Below the pieces are notes generated by a model that was given only the letters and a program-made list of their open reading frames with translations, was not told where the DNA came from and ran no database searches. A stretch of DNA of 64,000 bases. It comes from Gemmatimonadota bacterium (GTDB taxonomy: Bacteria > Gemmatimonadota > Gemmatimonadetes > Palauibacterales > Palauibacteraceae). Location: assembly GCA_035464655.1 (NCBI GenBank), contig DATHRZ010000009.1, forward strand, positions 1,769-65,768, read 5' to 3'. A program made the position numbers and the translations under genes. Of this stretch, positions 8,275 through 17,956 are shown piece by piece (within the stretch, counting starts at the first letter, position 1; every line of letters starts with the position of its first letter).

Positions 8275-10596
8275 TTGGCCGTACAGACGAGGGTATTCGA
8301 AGTCGAAGGAATGCACTGCGCCGGCTGCAGCAGCGCCGTGGAGCGAAGCCTGAACGAGCTCGAGGGTGTCGAGGCCTCGGTGAGCCTGCCCGCCGAATCC
8401 GCCACCGTGAGCTTCGACCCGGAGCACGTGCTGTTCGCCGATCTCGCCGACGCGGTACTGGCGGCCGGCTATCGGCTCCGGTCTCACACGACCGACGACG
8501 TCGGGCCCGCCGAGCGCGAGCGCGACCAGGCGGAACGCCGGGAGGCGCGCCTCGAGCGGGCGAAGTGGCGGATGATCGTGTCCTGGGCGCTCGCCGCGCC
8601 GATCGCCGTCTGGATGCTGCCGGAGATGCTGTTCCACCTGCTGTGGCCGAGCCCGCTGGCGTTCGATCTCGGCATCCTGCTGCTGTCGATTCCCGTCCTG
8701 GCGGGCCCCGGACGGGAAACGATGGTCGGCGGCCTGACCGCACTGCAGAGGTTCCGACCGAACATGGACTCGCTGATCGCACTCGGCAGCGGCGCGGCCG
8801 TGGTGACCGGGTTCGTGGCGGTGGGCCACCGCTTCGGAATCGCGCCGCCGATCATGAGCTACGCCGGAGTGGGCGCGATGATCATGGCTATTCACCTGAC
8901 GGGCCGGTACATCGAGGCCCGCGCCCGGGGCCGCTCGTCGGCCGCGATCAGCCGGCTGCTTTCCCTCGAGGCCCGCACGGCGCACGTCGAGCGGGACGGT
9001 GTCGAGGTGGAGGTCCCCACGCGCGAGGTGAAAGTCGGCGACGTGATGGTCGTCCGGCCGGGCGAACGGATCCCCACCGACGGTCTGGTGATCGACGGCC
9101 GGAGCGCGGTGGACGAGGCCCTCGCGACGGGAGAGTCGATCCCGGTCGACCGCGGCCCCGGCGACCTCGTCATCGGCGCTACCGTCAACGTCCAGGGCGT
9201 CCTGCGGGTCCGCGCCACCGAGGTGGGCGAGAACACTTTCCTGGCCGGCGTCGTACGGATGGTGCAGCAGGCGCAGGGCAGCAAGGTGCCGATCCAGGAG
9301 TTCGCCGACCGGGTGACGGCGGTGTTCGTGCCCGTCGTGCTCGCGATCGCCTCCGCCACGCTGCTGGTGTGGCTCCTGGCGCCGGCGCCGCTGCGCGATA
9401 TCGCGGCATGGGCGGGTCAGTTCCTTCCGTGGATGCAGCCGAGCCTCGAACCTGTGTCGCTCGCCGTCTACGCGGCGCTCGCCGTGCTGGTGATCGCCTG
9501 CCCGTGCGCGCTCGGCCTCGCCACCCCCACCGCCCTCATGGTGGGAACGGGGCTCGGCGCCGAAAACGGGATCCTCGTGCGCGACGGCAAGGCCATCCAG
9601 GTGCTCGACGGAGCCGACGTCGTGGTGTTCGACAAGACCGGCACGATCACGCAGGGCCGCCCGACGGTCACCGACGTGGTGCCGGGGCAGGGCCACGACG
9701 AGACGCAGTTGCTCGAGCTCGCCGCCTCGCTCGAGCGCCACTCCGAACATCCGCTCGGGCGCGCGATCCTCGCCGCGGCCGATCGCCGCGGGATCACGGG
9801 GCGGCGCGTGCGAGACTTCGGCGCGAAGACCGGCTTCGGCGTCGTCGGTACCCTCGACGGGCAGCCCGCGCTCGCCGGCCGGCTCGGGATGCTCGAGGAC
9901 GCGGGCATCGACCCCGGCCCCCTGCGCGACGCGGGCGAACGGCTCGAGGCGGAAGGGCGCACGGTCGTGTACGTGGCGCGAGCGGGGCACCCCGTGGGCG
10001 TCCTCGCGATCGCCGACGAGCTGAAGGCCGACAGCGCCGGGGCCATCGGAGACCTGCATGCCCTCGGGCTCCGCACGGTGATGCTGACCGGCGACAACGA
10101 GCGCACCGCGCGCGCCGTGGCCGACGCCGTCGGGATCGACGAGGTGCGCGCCGGCCTGCTACCCGAAGACAAGGTGAAGGCGATACGCGATCTGCAGGCC
10201 GCGGGACACGTCGTCGCGATGGTGGGTGACGGGATCAACGACGCGCCGTCACTCAAGCAGGCGGACGTCGGGCTCGCGATCGGCACGGGAACGGACATCG
10301 CGATCGAGGCGGCCGACCTGACGCTGACGAGCGGCAGCCTGCGGGGCGTGGTGCGCGCCGTGAACCTGGCGCGCGGCACGTTCGGAAAGATCCGGCAGAA
10401 TCTGTTCTGGGCGTACTTCTACAACATCCTGGCGATTCCCGTCGCGGTGCTGGGGCTCCTGCACCCGCTACTCGCCGAGGCGGCGATGGCGGGCAGTTCG
10501 ATCACGGTGGTCGCCAACGCAAACCGCCTGCGGGACCTCGACCTCGACCCCCGCAACGACGGCGAGGCCAGGGCCGGCGCCCGGATTACGGAGTAG
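8275..10596 (+). CDS. copA: Cu(I)-translocating P1B-type ATPase
   Basis: HMA GMHCAGC, TGES, CPC in TM6, DKTGT, GDGIND, YN and MAGSS; GGAGG SD before TTG at 8275. Confidence 0.95.
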   Translation: MAVQTRVFEVEGMHCAGCSSAVERSLNELEGVEASVSLPAESATVSFDPEHVLFADLADAVLAAGYRLRSHTTDDVGPAERERDQAERREARLERAKWRMIVSWALAAPIAVWMLPEMLFHLLWPSPLAFDLGILLLSIPVLAGPGRETMVGGLTALQRFRPNMDSLIALGSGAAVVTGFVAVGHRFGIAPPIMSYAGVGAMIMAIHLTGRYIEARARGRSSAAISRLLSLEARTAHVERDGVEVEVPTREVKVGDVMVVRPGERIPTDGLVIDGRSAVDEALATGESIPVDRGPGDLVIGATVNVQGVLRVRATEVGENTFLAGVVRMVQQAQGSKVPIQEFADRVTAVFVPVVLAIASATLLVWLLAPAPLRDIAAWAGQFLPWMQPSLEPVSLAVYAALAVLVIACPCALGLATPTALMVGTGLGAENGILVRDGKAIQVLDGADVVVFDKTGTITQGRPTVTDVVPGQGHDETQLLELAASLERHSEHPLGRAILAAADRRGITGRRVRDFGAKTGFGVVGTLDGQPALAGRLGMLEDAGIDPGPLRDAGERLEAEGRTVVYVARAGHPVGVLAIADELKADSAGAIGDLHALGLRTVMLTGDNERTARAVADAVGIDEVRAGLLPEDKVKAIRDLQAAGHVVAMVGDGINDAPSLKQADVGLAIGTGTDIAIEAADLTLTSGSLRGVVRAVNLARGTFGKIRQNLFWAYFYNILAIPVAVLGLLHPLLAEAAMAGSSITVVANANRLRDLDLDPRNDGEARAGARITE

Positions 10597-11416
10597 CGCC
10601 CACCTGGCGAGCCTGTCCGTCGATCAGGCTGCTATGCTGCGCGTACTCCGGTCGACCCGCGGCACGCTCCGACGCCAGCGCCGCGCGGAAGCGCTCGCGG
10701 GCTTCGGCCAGCCCGGCCTCGTCCGCGAGCGCTTCGGCCACGTTGATCCGTAGGATCCAGGCAAGCAGGTGGTCGGGATTCCCGGCCAGGATGGCGTCGG
10801 CCGACTCGCGCGCACCGTCCGAATCTCCCGTCATCAACCGAAGGAGCCCGATGTGGAAGCGGGCGTCGGCATCGATGTCGCCGGGCGGAAGACCGCTGTA
10901 CGCCCGAAGACCCATGTCCGCGAAGAAGCGGGCCTGCCCCGAATCGCCGCTCGCTTCGGTGCGCATCGCGCGGTCGAATAATCGGTCGGCCGCATCGCGC
11001 CCCGACATGTTCGACAGATCGATGCGCGAGGGATCCGACCCGGTGGCGCCCGGCCCGGCTCCGCCGCCCATGCCTTCCTGCCCGGGACTCGGGATGACGG
11101 CACCGGTCGGCGGCATCCCCTCGGCTCGCTCGCCGACTGATTCGCCGATCATCAGGCTGATCGCCACGGCGAAGGCGACGAGGGCGAGGCCGGACAGGAT
11201 CCACGGCAGGCGATCGCGCAGCGGTTTCGTCGGCGGCGCCGCCACCGGAGCGCCGCACTCGCTGCAGTAGAGCGCATCGGCATCCAGGCCCGTTCCGCAG
11301 GCGGGGCAGGTCGTGACCCGAGCACCCGGATCGGTCAGCGGCTGTCCGCAGCGCGCGCAGAAGTTGCCGTCCCCCGTTGCGCCGCACGCCGAACACACCC
11401 GTGCCTGGCCGCTCAT
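10586..11416 (-). CDS. Double zinc-ribbon membrane protein with helical TPR-like C-terminus
   Basis: CSAC..CARC and CPAC..CSEC, one TM helix, Gly/Pro linker and helical repeats; GTGA/ATGA-type coupling to apgM. Confidence 0.75.
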   Translation of the reverse strand: MSGQARVCSACGATGDGNFCARCGQPLTDPGARVTTCPACGTGLDADALYCSECGAPVAAPPTKPLRDRLPWILSGLALVAFAVAISLMIGESVGERAEGMPPTGAVIPSPGQEGMGGGAGPGATGSDPSRIDLSNMSGRDAADRLFDRAMRTEASGDSGQARFFADMGLRAYSGLPPGDIDADARFHIGLLRLMTGDSDGARESADAILAGNPDHLLAWILRINVAEALADEAGLAEARERFRAALASERAAGRPEYAQHSSLIDGQARQVGATP

Positions 11417-12621
11417 GCTCCGAACTTCCCGAGCCGACCCGCTCTCGACATCGCCAGCGGGAGCAGTTCCCGGCCCGGAATCCAGCCGACGGCACCGCTC
11501 GCGCACGCCCGCTCGCCGAACTTGGCCGCCGGCGCCTCGGTGCGGCCCGGCCCGCCGTGGAGCAGAAAGGGAACGGGATGCCAGCTATGGCTGCGCATTA
11601 CCGCGGGCGTCGAGTGGTCGCCCGTCACGATGTGGACGCCCGGGTAGGCGTCGAGCAGCTCGGGGACGACCGCGTCGGCCTCCTCGATCGCCGCGACCTT
11701 GGCGTCGAAGTTTCCGTCTTCGCCGAATCGATCGGTCGCCTTCACGTGCAGGAAGACGAAGTCGCGACCGGCGGCGTTCGAACGAAGCGCTTCGACCAGG
11801 TGACCTGGGCCCTCCGGAACCGCGGTGGCATCCATGCCGACCAGCCGCGCCACGCCCCGGTACATCGGGTAGGCGGCCACGGCCAGCGAGCGCAGGCCCG
11901 TCACGGAGGGAAAGTCCGGCCAATCGGGCTGCGTCGAGAATCCGCGGAGCAGGACCATGTTGGCCGGGTCGTGTCCCGTAAGGGCGCCAGGAACCTGCCG
12001 CAGCCACTCGCGAACGACCCGCGCGACGGGCTTGGAGGCCTCGTTCCCGGCCTCGACCCGACGGGGCGGCAGACCCACCTGTCCCGGATCGGTGTCGTCG
12101 AGCGCCGCGTCCCCCGGTTCCTCCATTCGCACGACGAGAAGGAATCGGTGCTCCTTCACGGCCTGCACGAAGATTCGCGCCCCCGGGACCTCGATGGCGT
12201 CGAGTGCGGCGCAGGCCGCCGTCGCCGGCTCGGTGGCGATGCGGCCGGCGCGTCGGTCGGCGACAGTGCCGTCGGCGTCCACCGTGCACAGGTTGCCGCG
12301 GGCGGCGATGTCGCCCGGCCGCAGATCGAACTCCACCCCGAGCGCCTCGAGGATTCCCCGTCCGATGCGGTAGCGGAGGGGATCGTAGCCGAACAGCGAC
12401 AGGTGACCCGGCCCGCTGCCGGGCGTGATCCCCGGTCCGACCGGCCATTGAAGCCCGAGCGAACCCGTCGCCGCGAGTTCGTCGAGGTGGGGCGTGCGGG
12501 CCGCCTCGAGCTCCGTCGGACCGCCGGGCTCGCGCGGCAGGCCGCCGAGGCCGTCGAGCACGAAGAGAAGAATCGACGCGCCTTCGGGGCTGTGCAGCTC
12601 CCTGATATCCTCGAGGTTCAA
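11413..12621 (-). CDS. apgM: 2,3-bisphosphoglycerate-independent phosphoglycerate mutase, ApgM type
   Basis: VLDGLGG, TELEAARTPHLD, PGSGPGHLSLFGYD, GRG..EALG, FLHVKATD and TGDHSTP..HSWHPVP; GGAGG SD before TTG 12621. Confidence 0.92.
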   Translation of the reverse strand: MNLEDIRELHSPEGASILLFVLDGLGGLPREPGGPTELEAARTPHLDELAATGSLGLQWPVGPGITPGSGPGHLSLFGYDPLRYRIGRGILEALGVEFDLRPGDIAARGNLCTVDADGTVADRRAGRIATEPATAACAALDAIEVPGARIFVQAVKEHRFLLVVRMEEPGDAALDDTDPGQVGLPPRRVEAGNEASKPVARVVREWLRQVPGALTGHDPANMVLLRGFSTQPDWPDFPSVTGLRSLAVAAYPMYRGVARLVGMDATAVPEGPGHLVEALRSNAAGRDFVFLHVKATDRFGEDGNFDAKVAAIEEADAVVPELLDAYPGVHIVTGDHSTPAVMRSHSWHPVPFLLHGGPGRTEAPAAKFGERACASGAVGWIPGRELLPLAMSRAGRLGKFGA

Positions 12622-12669
12622 ACACCCTCCATTGATTTTGCGCTCCGCGGACCATCGCCACCGACAAAA

Positions 12670-12697
12670 TAGACGCGGCATGGTCTTCGAGTATAGT
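12670..12697 (+). promoter_or_regulatory. Possible sigma70 promoter for the lipoprotein-ccm operon (TAGACG-16-TATAGT)
   Basis: Hexamers read in the AT-rich divergent gap; imperfect -35. Confidence 0.35.
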
Positions 12698-12771
12698 ATG
12701 TGGCATCTGGTCGCGCCGGGCTTCCGCGCCGACTGAACGCCGCCATGCACTCGAACAGAGGACTCGACGAC

Positions 12772-13287
12772 ATGATCCGCAACGCTCGCCTTCCGGCAGC
12801 GGTCGCCGTGCTGGCCCTCGTCACGTCCGCCTGCGCGTCGGGCGGATCGACGGGTCTGAACCGGGGACCCTCCGATCGGGCCGCCACGGCCGACTACGGC
12901 GCCCCGCCGGACTCCGTCATGCAAGCCGCCTGGGAGGTGCTGCGCAACGACGGGGTGATGGCCCGCTCGTTTCAGCGCATGGCCGGCGACACGACGAACA
13001 CCGCGCGCATGGAGTCGGACTGGATCTACGTTCCCAACGTGTTCCCCGCCGCTCCCCTCTCCGGCGTGACCGAGGGCGAGAAGTACGTCAAGCTGCTCAT
13101 GTGGGCCGAGCCGTTTCGTGGCGGCACGCGCCTGTATCTCGAGGCGCTGTACGATCCGACCACGGCCGACTACCCGACCGAGCCGACGAACTGGGCCCGG
13201 TTGCGCACGCTGCCGAACGCCCATCCGAGCTGGCAGTACGTCTCCGACGTCGGACGCTCGCTCGCCCGGCGACTGGACGAGCAATAG
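12772..13287 (+). CDS. Hypothetical lipoprotein at the head of the ccm operon
   Basis: AGAGGA SD; signal peptide with lipobox LVTSAC; 171 aa. Confidence 0.75.
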   Translation: MIRNARLPAAVAVLALVTSACASGGSTGLNRGPSDRAATADYGAPPDSVMQAAWEVLRNDGVMARSFQRMAGDTTNTARMESDWIYVPNVFPAAPLSGVTEGEKYVKLLMWAEPFRGGTRLYLEALYDPTTADYPTEPTNWARLRTLPNAHPSWQYVSDVGRSLARRLDEQ

Positions 13288-13991
13288 GCGACGCGGAGCG
13301 TCCGATCTCACGGCCGGGCGGGCGGGCGTCCGCCGTCGAGCTGCGCGACCTGCACCGGCGATTCGGCCGGAAGCGCGTGTTGCGCGGCATCGACCTGACT
13401 GTCGAGCCCGGAACGTCGCTCGTGCTGACCGGCGCCAACGGAGCCGGGAAGACGACGCTGCTGAGAATCATCGCGACCCTGCTCAAGCCCTCGTCGGGCG
13501 AGGGGACGGTGCTCGGCCTGTCACTGGCGGATGACGGGGAGTCGATCCGCGCGGCCACGGGCTACGTATCGGCCCGCGGGTTCGCGTACGACGACCTCAC
13601 CGCCGCCGAGAACCTCCGCTTCGCCGCCCGCCTCGTCGATCGACCCGTTCCGGACGAACGGATCGCGGAGATCCTCGTCGGCGTCGGCCTGGGCGACGCC
13701 ACCGACCAGACGGTGCGGACGTTCTCGACCGGGATGCGCCGCCGTCTGGCCCTGGCGGTTCTGCGTCTGCGTCCACTGCGCCTCGCCCTGCTCGACGAAC
13801 CATACGCCGGCCTCGACGCCGACGGGGTCGCCCTCGTCGACCGGCTCGTGGGTGAACTCGTCGCGGCGGGAACGACGGTGATCCTCGCCTCGCACCAGTC
13901 GGGCGAAGCGACGCGGCGCGCGACCCGCGCGCTGCGAATCGAGCAGGGTCGCCTCGTCGACGCGGCGACCCCGGACGGGAGGGCGGGCTGA
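13284..13991 (+). CDS. ccmA: Heme ABC exporter ATP-binding protein CcmA (start uncertain)
   Basis: GANGAGKTT, FSTGMRRR and LLDEPY; directly upstream of ccmB. No ATG near the expected start; see findings. Confidence 0.88.
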   Translation: MGDAERPISRPGGRASAVELRDLHRRFGRKRVLRGIDLTVEPGTSLVLTGANGAGKTTLLRIIATLLKPSSGEGTVLGLSLADDGESIRAATGYVSARGFAYDDLTAAENLRFAARLVDRPVPDERIAEILVGVGLGDATDQTVRTFSTGMRRRLALAVLRLRPLRLALLDEPYAGLDADGVALVDRLVGELVAAGTTVILASHQSGEATRRATRALRIEQGRLVDAATPDGRAG

Positions 13992-14668
13992 TGGCGATGC
14001 CCGGACGCGTCGCGGCGATCGTCTGGAAGGATCTGCTGATCGAGGTACGCACCAAGGCGAGCTTCCACTCGATGCTGGCGTTCTCGGCGCTCGTGCTGTT
14101 CGTGTTCTCGTTCGCGATCGGGCCCGACACGCCTCTCCTGCGCCGGATCGCGGCGGGTCTCCTGTGGGTCGCGATCGTGTTCACGGGACTGCTGTCGCTG
14201 AGCCGCACCTACCAGTCGGAAGAAGCGGCCGGCGGCCTCGAGGGACTGCGCATGGCCCCGGGCGATCCGCGGTTCATCTACCTGGGCAAGCTGGCGGGCA
14301 ACCTCCTACTGCTGCTTGCCCTCGAGGTCGTCCTGTTTCCGGCCGCTGCCGTACTGTTCCAGATCGAGATGCTTCCGCACGCCCTGCCACTGGCGGGCAT
14401 CGCCCTGCTCGGCACCCTGGGGATCTCGACGGCCGGCACCTTCTACGCCGCCCTCACGCTGCACCTGCGCGCCAGGGAAATCATGCTGCCTCTGCTGTTG
14501 ATTCCCGCCCTCGTTCCGCCGCTGCTCGGCGCCGTCAACGCGACCCAACTGGTTCTCGACGGCAATCCGTTCGGCGACGCCGCCCTCTGGGTTCGCCTTC
14601 TCGTCGCGTACGATGTAGTCTTCTTCGTAGTCTGCACTTGGTTGTTTCCCCTCGCCGTGGAGGATTAG
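13991..14668 (+). CDS. ccmB: Heme exporter permease CcmB
   Basis: IVWKDLLIEVR, GLLWVAI, YLGKL and LLPLLLIP..P; six TM helices. Confidence 0.92.
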   Translation: MAMPGRVAAIVWKDLLIEVRTKASFHSMLAFSALVLFVFSFAIGPDTPLLRRIAAGLLWVAIVFTGLLSLSRTYQSEEAAGGLEGLRMAPGDPRFIYLGKLAGNLLLLLALEVVLFPAAAVLFQIEMLPHALPLAGIALLGTLGISTAGTFYAALTLHLRAREIMLPLLLIPALVPPLLGAVNATQLVLDGNPFGDAALWVRLLVAYDVVFFVVCTWLFPLAVED

Positions 14669-15336
14669 TGGGTCGAGGTGCGTCGTTCATCGGCTGGCCG
14701 GGGGCGCTCGCGCTGGTCGTCATGGCAGTCGGCAGCTTCATCGGACTGTTCGTCGTCGGCGCCGATGTCGAGATGGGCGAAGTCCAGCGCCTGATGTACG
14801 TGCACGTGCCGGCCGCGTGGACGGCGTTCGTCGCGTTCTTCGCCGTGTTCATCGGAAGCGTGCTCTACCTCGTGCAGCGTGACGAGCGCGCCGATCGCGT
14901 GGCGGCGAGCGCCGCGGAGGTCGGCGTCGTGTTCATCTCGCTGACGCTGGCGACCGGGATGCTGTGGGGGAAACCGACCTGGGGCGTGTGGTGGACGTGG
15001 GATCCACGGCTCACGACGACGGCGCTTCTGCTGGCGGTGTTCGTCGGCTATCTGGCCGTGCGCGGCTTCGCCGACGACCCTGAGCGTCGGGCTCGCTGGT
15101 CGGCGATCGTCGGAATTCTCGGCTTCGTGCAGGTACCGATCGTGTATCTTTCGGTGGTCTGGTGGCGCTCGATCCACCAGCCGCCGTCGAGCCCGCGCTC
15201 GGTGTCGTCCGACATCCTCGGCACGTGGATGCTGAACTTCGCGGCCTTTCTGCTCGTGTTCGCCTGGCTCACGGCCCGGCGCGCGCGCGCGGCGAGGCTC
15301 GAGGCGGAACTCGAGACCCGGATGGCGTATGATTAA
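14668..15336 (+). CDS. ccmC: Heme exporter/cytochrome c biogenesis protein CcmC
   Basis: MYVHVP, WWD domain WGKPTWGVWWTWDPRLT and WWRSIHQ; GTG overlaps the ccmB TAG. Confidence 0.94.
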   Translation: MGRGASFIGWPGALALVVMAVGSFIGLFVVGADVEMGEVQRLMYVHVPAAWTAFVAFFAVFIGSVLYLVQRDERADRVAASAAEVGVVFISLTLATGMLWGKPTWGVWWTWDPRLTTTALLLAVFVGYLAVRGFADDPERRARWSAIVGILGFVQVPIVYLSVVWWRSIHQPPSSPRSVSSDILGTWMLNFAAFLLVFAWLTARRARAARLEAELETRMAYD

Positions 15337-15478
15337 CGAGTACGTGATGGCCGGCTACGCATTGATCTGGGTTTCCATACTGGCGTACGCCTGGCGCACG
15401 TGGCGGCGTCTGCGAACGGCCGAGCGGGAGCTCGCGACCCTCGAGTCGGATTCGATTTCTCGAACGGTGGACATATGA
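15329..15478 (+). CDS. ccmD: Heme exporter protein CcmD (49 aa, not in ORF track)
   Basis: MINEYVMAGYALIWVSILAYAWRTWRRLRTAERELATLE: hydrophobic N-terminus with Y-rich motif and basic tail; lies between ccmC and ccmE with ATGA overlap to ccmE. Confidence 0.85.
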   Translation: MINEYVMAGYALIWVSILAYAWRTWRRLRTAERELATLESDSISRTVDI

Positions 15479-15927
15479 AGCGAAACAAGAAGGTCTGGGG
15501 CGCCGTCGGCGTGGTCGCCGTGGCCGGCGCTGTCGCAATGCTGCTGGCCGGCGGACTCAAGGACGGGGTCGTTTACTTCCTCACGCCCGGTGAAATCGTC
15601 GCGCAGGGCACCGACGCCGTCGATCGGCCGCTACGGCTCGGCGGACAGGTAAAGCCGGGTTCCGTGCAGTGGGACGCCGAAGCGCTCGATCTCCGGTTCG
15701 TCGTGCAGGACAGCCTGGGCGAGGTGCCGGTCACCTCGACGGGTGCGCCCCCCGCCATGTTCCGCGACGGAATCGGCGTGGTCGTCGAAGGATCGCTCCG
15801 GACCGACGGCACCTTCGAGTCGACGAACCTGATGGTGAAGCACTCCAACGAGTACCAGGCGCCACACGGCGACTCGGTTCCCGAGGCGATGTACGAGTCC
15901 CTGATCCGCCCGGAAGCCGGGGAGTAG
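15475..15927 (+). CDS. ccmE: Cytochrome c maturation heme chaperone CcmE
   Basis: VYFLTP, LRLGGQV, PAMFRDG.GVVVEG and VKHSNEY (HxxxY heme-binding motif). Confidence 0.93.
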   Translation: MKRNKKVWGAVGVVAVAGAVAMLLAGGLKDGVVYFLTPGEIVAQGTDAVDRPLRLGGQVKPGSVQWDAEALDLRFVVQDSLGEVPVTSTGAPPAMFRDGIGVVVEGSLRTDGTFESTNLMVKHSNEYQAPHGDSVPEAMYESLIRPEAGE

Positions 15928-15961
15928 CGGCAATGACCCTCCAGCGCGCGACTCGTCGCCG

Positions 15962-17956
15962 ATGATCAACCTCATCGGCACCGTCTCCGTCACGGCGGCG
16001 TGGCTCGGATCGGCCGCCCTCGCCGTCCTCGGACTGATGGCGGGGTTCCGCCGCAGCCCTCAGCTCCTGCGGGGCGCCAGGTACGCGGCCCTGTTCGTGC
16101 TGGCCGCCATGGCCATCGCCGTCGGCGCGATGGAGTTCGCGCTACTCACGCACGACTTCAGCGTCGAATATGTCGCCCAGGTCGGCAGTCGTGAAACGCC
16201 GGCCTACTACAGCGCGATCTCGCTGTGGAGCAGTCTCGAAGGCTCGATCCTGTTCTGGGGATTCATCCTCGCCAGCTACACGGGCATCGTCGTCTGGGTG
16301 CAGCGCCGCTCGACCTCGCGCCTGCTGCCGTTCGCGCTCGGAACGCTCGGGATCGTCGGGATCTTCTTCTACGGGCTGGTCGCGACGGCGGCCAACCCGT
16401 TCGGCGTCGTCTCGCCCGTTCCCGCCAACGGGCCCGGCCCGAACCCGCTGCTCCAGAATCATCCGTTGATGGGCCTGCATCCGCCGCTTCTCTACCTCGG
16501 CTACGTGGGCATGTCGGTGCCGTTCGCCTTCGCGATCGGCGCCCTGCTCAGCGGCAAGGTCGACGACGAGTGGATCCGGACGACGCGTCGCTGGATGGTC
16601 ACGCCCTGGGCCTTCCTGTCGCTGGGGATCATCGCCGGCGCCTGGTGGTCGTACGAAGTGCTCGGGTGGGGCGGGTACTGGGCGTGGGATCCGGTGGAGA
16701 ACGCGTCGTTCCTGCCATGGCTCACGGCCACCGCGTTCCTCCATTCGGTGATGGTTCAGGAGCGCAGTGGAATGCTGAAGACGTGGAATCTGACGCTGGT
16801 AATCGGGACCTTCCTGCTCACATTGTTCGGAACGTTTCTCACCCGGTCGGGCGTGCTCGACTCGGTGCACGCGTTCACCGAGGGGTTCATCGGGCCGCTG
16901 TTCCTCGGGTTCATCGCGCTCGTCACGCTGATCTCGCTGACGCTGATCGCCTGGCGCTCCGATCGGCTCCACTCGCCGGGCAAGCTGGACGGCGTCGTGT
17001 CCCGCGAGAGCTCGTTCATCCTGAACAATCTGATCTTCGCGGCATTCACCTTCACGGTGCTGCTGGGGACGACGTTCCCGCTCGTCGTCGAGGCGATCAA
17101 CGGCGATCGGATCAGCGTCGGCCCGCCCTATTTCAACATGGTGAGCATTCCGCTCGGGCTCCTGTTGCTCTTCCTGATGGGTGTCGGACCGGCCCTGCCG
17201 TGGCGGCGGACTACCCCCGAGAAGCTGCGCCGCACCTTCGTGCGGCCGCTCGTCGCGGGGCTCGTCACGGCGGCGGCGGCGCTGGCACTCGGAATCCGGG
17301 AGCCGTATCCGATCATCACGTTCGGCTTCGCCGGATTCGTCATGGCGACGATCGTCGACGAGTTCGCAAAGGGCGTGTCGGCACGGCGGCGCATCGGCGG
17401 CGTCGGTCCGCTCCGGGCCCTCGGACAGCTCATGGTCCGCAACAACCGGCGCTTCGGCGGATACATCGTGCACGTCGGCGTCGTCGTGATCATCGTGGCG
17501 CTGTCGATTTCGGGCACCTGGCGATTCGAACGCGAAGCGACGCTGCGTCAGGGGCAGGAGATGTTGATCGGCGACTACACGGTGCGCTTCGATTCGGTCA
17601 ACGCCACGCGTGAGCCGCATCGCGACGTCGTGGCCGCGACCTTCTCCGCGACGCGGGGCGACCGCGACCTGGGCACCGTGGTGCCGAGTACGAATTTCTA
17701 TCGCCAGTCGACGATGTCCGAGCCGATCGCGACTCCGGCTGTCCGCTCGTTCATCGACGAGGACCTCTACCTGACCCTGATGTCGTTCGACCCGAATGGC
17801 GAGCACGCCACGGTGCGGGTGATCGTGAACCCGGGGGTACCGTGGCTGTGGATCGGCGGCATGATCATCGGCATCGGCGCGATCCTCGCCGTCGCTCCGC
17901 AACGCCGGCGTCCGCAATCGGCGCGGATGGTGGCGGCGCGGCCGGAGGGCTCGTGA
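15962..17956 (+). CDS. ccmF: Heme lyase CcmF
   Basis: LWSSLEGS, NPLLQ.HP..HPP.LY.GY, WGGYWAWDPVENAS, TRSG..SVHAF and HVG. Confidence 0.96.
   Translation: MINLIGTVSVTAAWLGSAALAVLGLMAGFRRSPQLLRGARYAALFVLAAMAIAVGAMEFALLTHDFSVEYVAQVGSRETPAYYSAISLWSSLEGSILFWGFILASYTGIVVWVQRRSTSRLLPFALGTLGIVGIFFYGLVATAANPFGVVSPVPANGPGPNPLLQNHPLMGLHPPLLYLGYVGMSVPFAFAIGALLSGKVDDEWIRTTRRWMVTPWAFLSLGIIAGAWWSYEVLGWGGYWAWDPVENASFLPWLTATAFLHSVMVQERSGMLKTWNLTLVIGTFLLTLFGTFLTRSGVLDSVHAFTEGFIGPLFLGFIALVTLISLTLIAWRSDRLHSPGKLDGVVSRESSFILNNLIFAAFTFTVLLGTTFPLVVEAINGDRISVGPPYFNMVSIPLGLLLLFLMGVGPALPWRRTTPEKLRRTFVRPLVAGLVTAAAALALGIREPYPIITFGFAGFVMATIVDEFAKGVSARRRIGGVGPLRALGQLMVRNNRRFGGYIVHVGVVVIIVALSISGTWRFEREATLRQGQEMLIGDYTVRFDSVNATREPHRDVVAATFSATRGDRDLGTVVPSTNFYRQSTMSEPIATPAVRSFIDEDLYLTLMSFDPNGEHATVRVIVNPGVPWLWIGGMIIGIGAILAVAPQRRRPQSARMVAARPEGS

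Noticed and set aside
8107-10059. 650-aa minus-strand ORF, and similar Arg/Ala/Pro-rich ORFs throughout the track
   Set aside because: Shadows or alternate frames of clear genes (copA, uvrA, acs, ccmF, ABC exporter).
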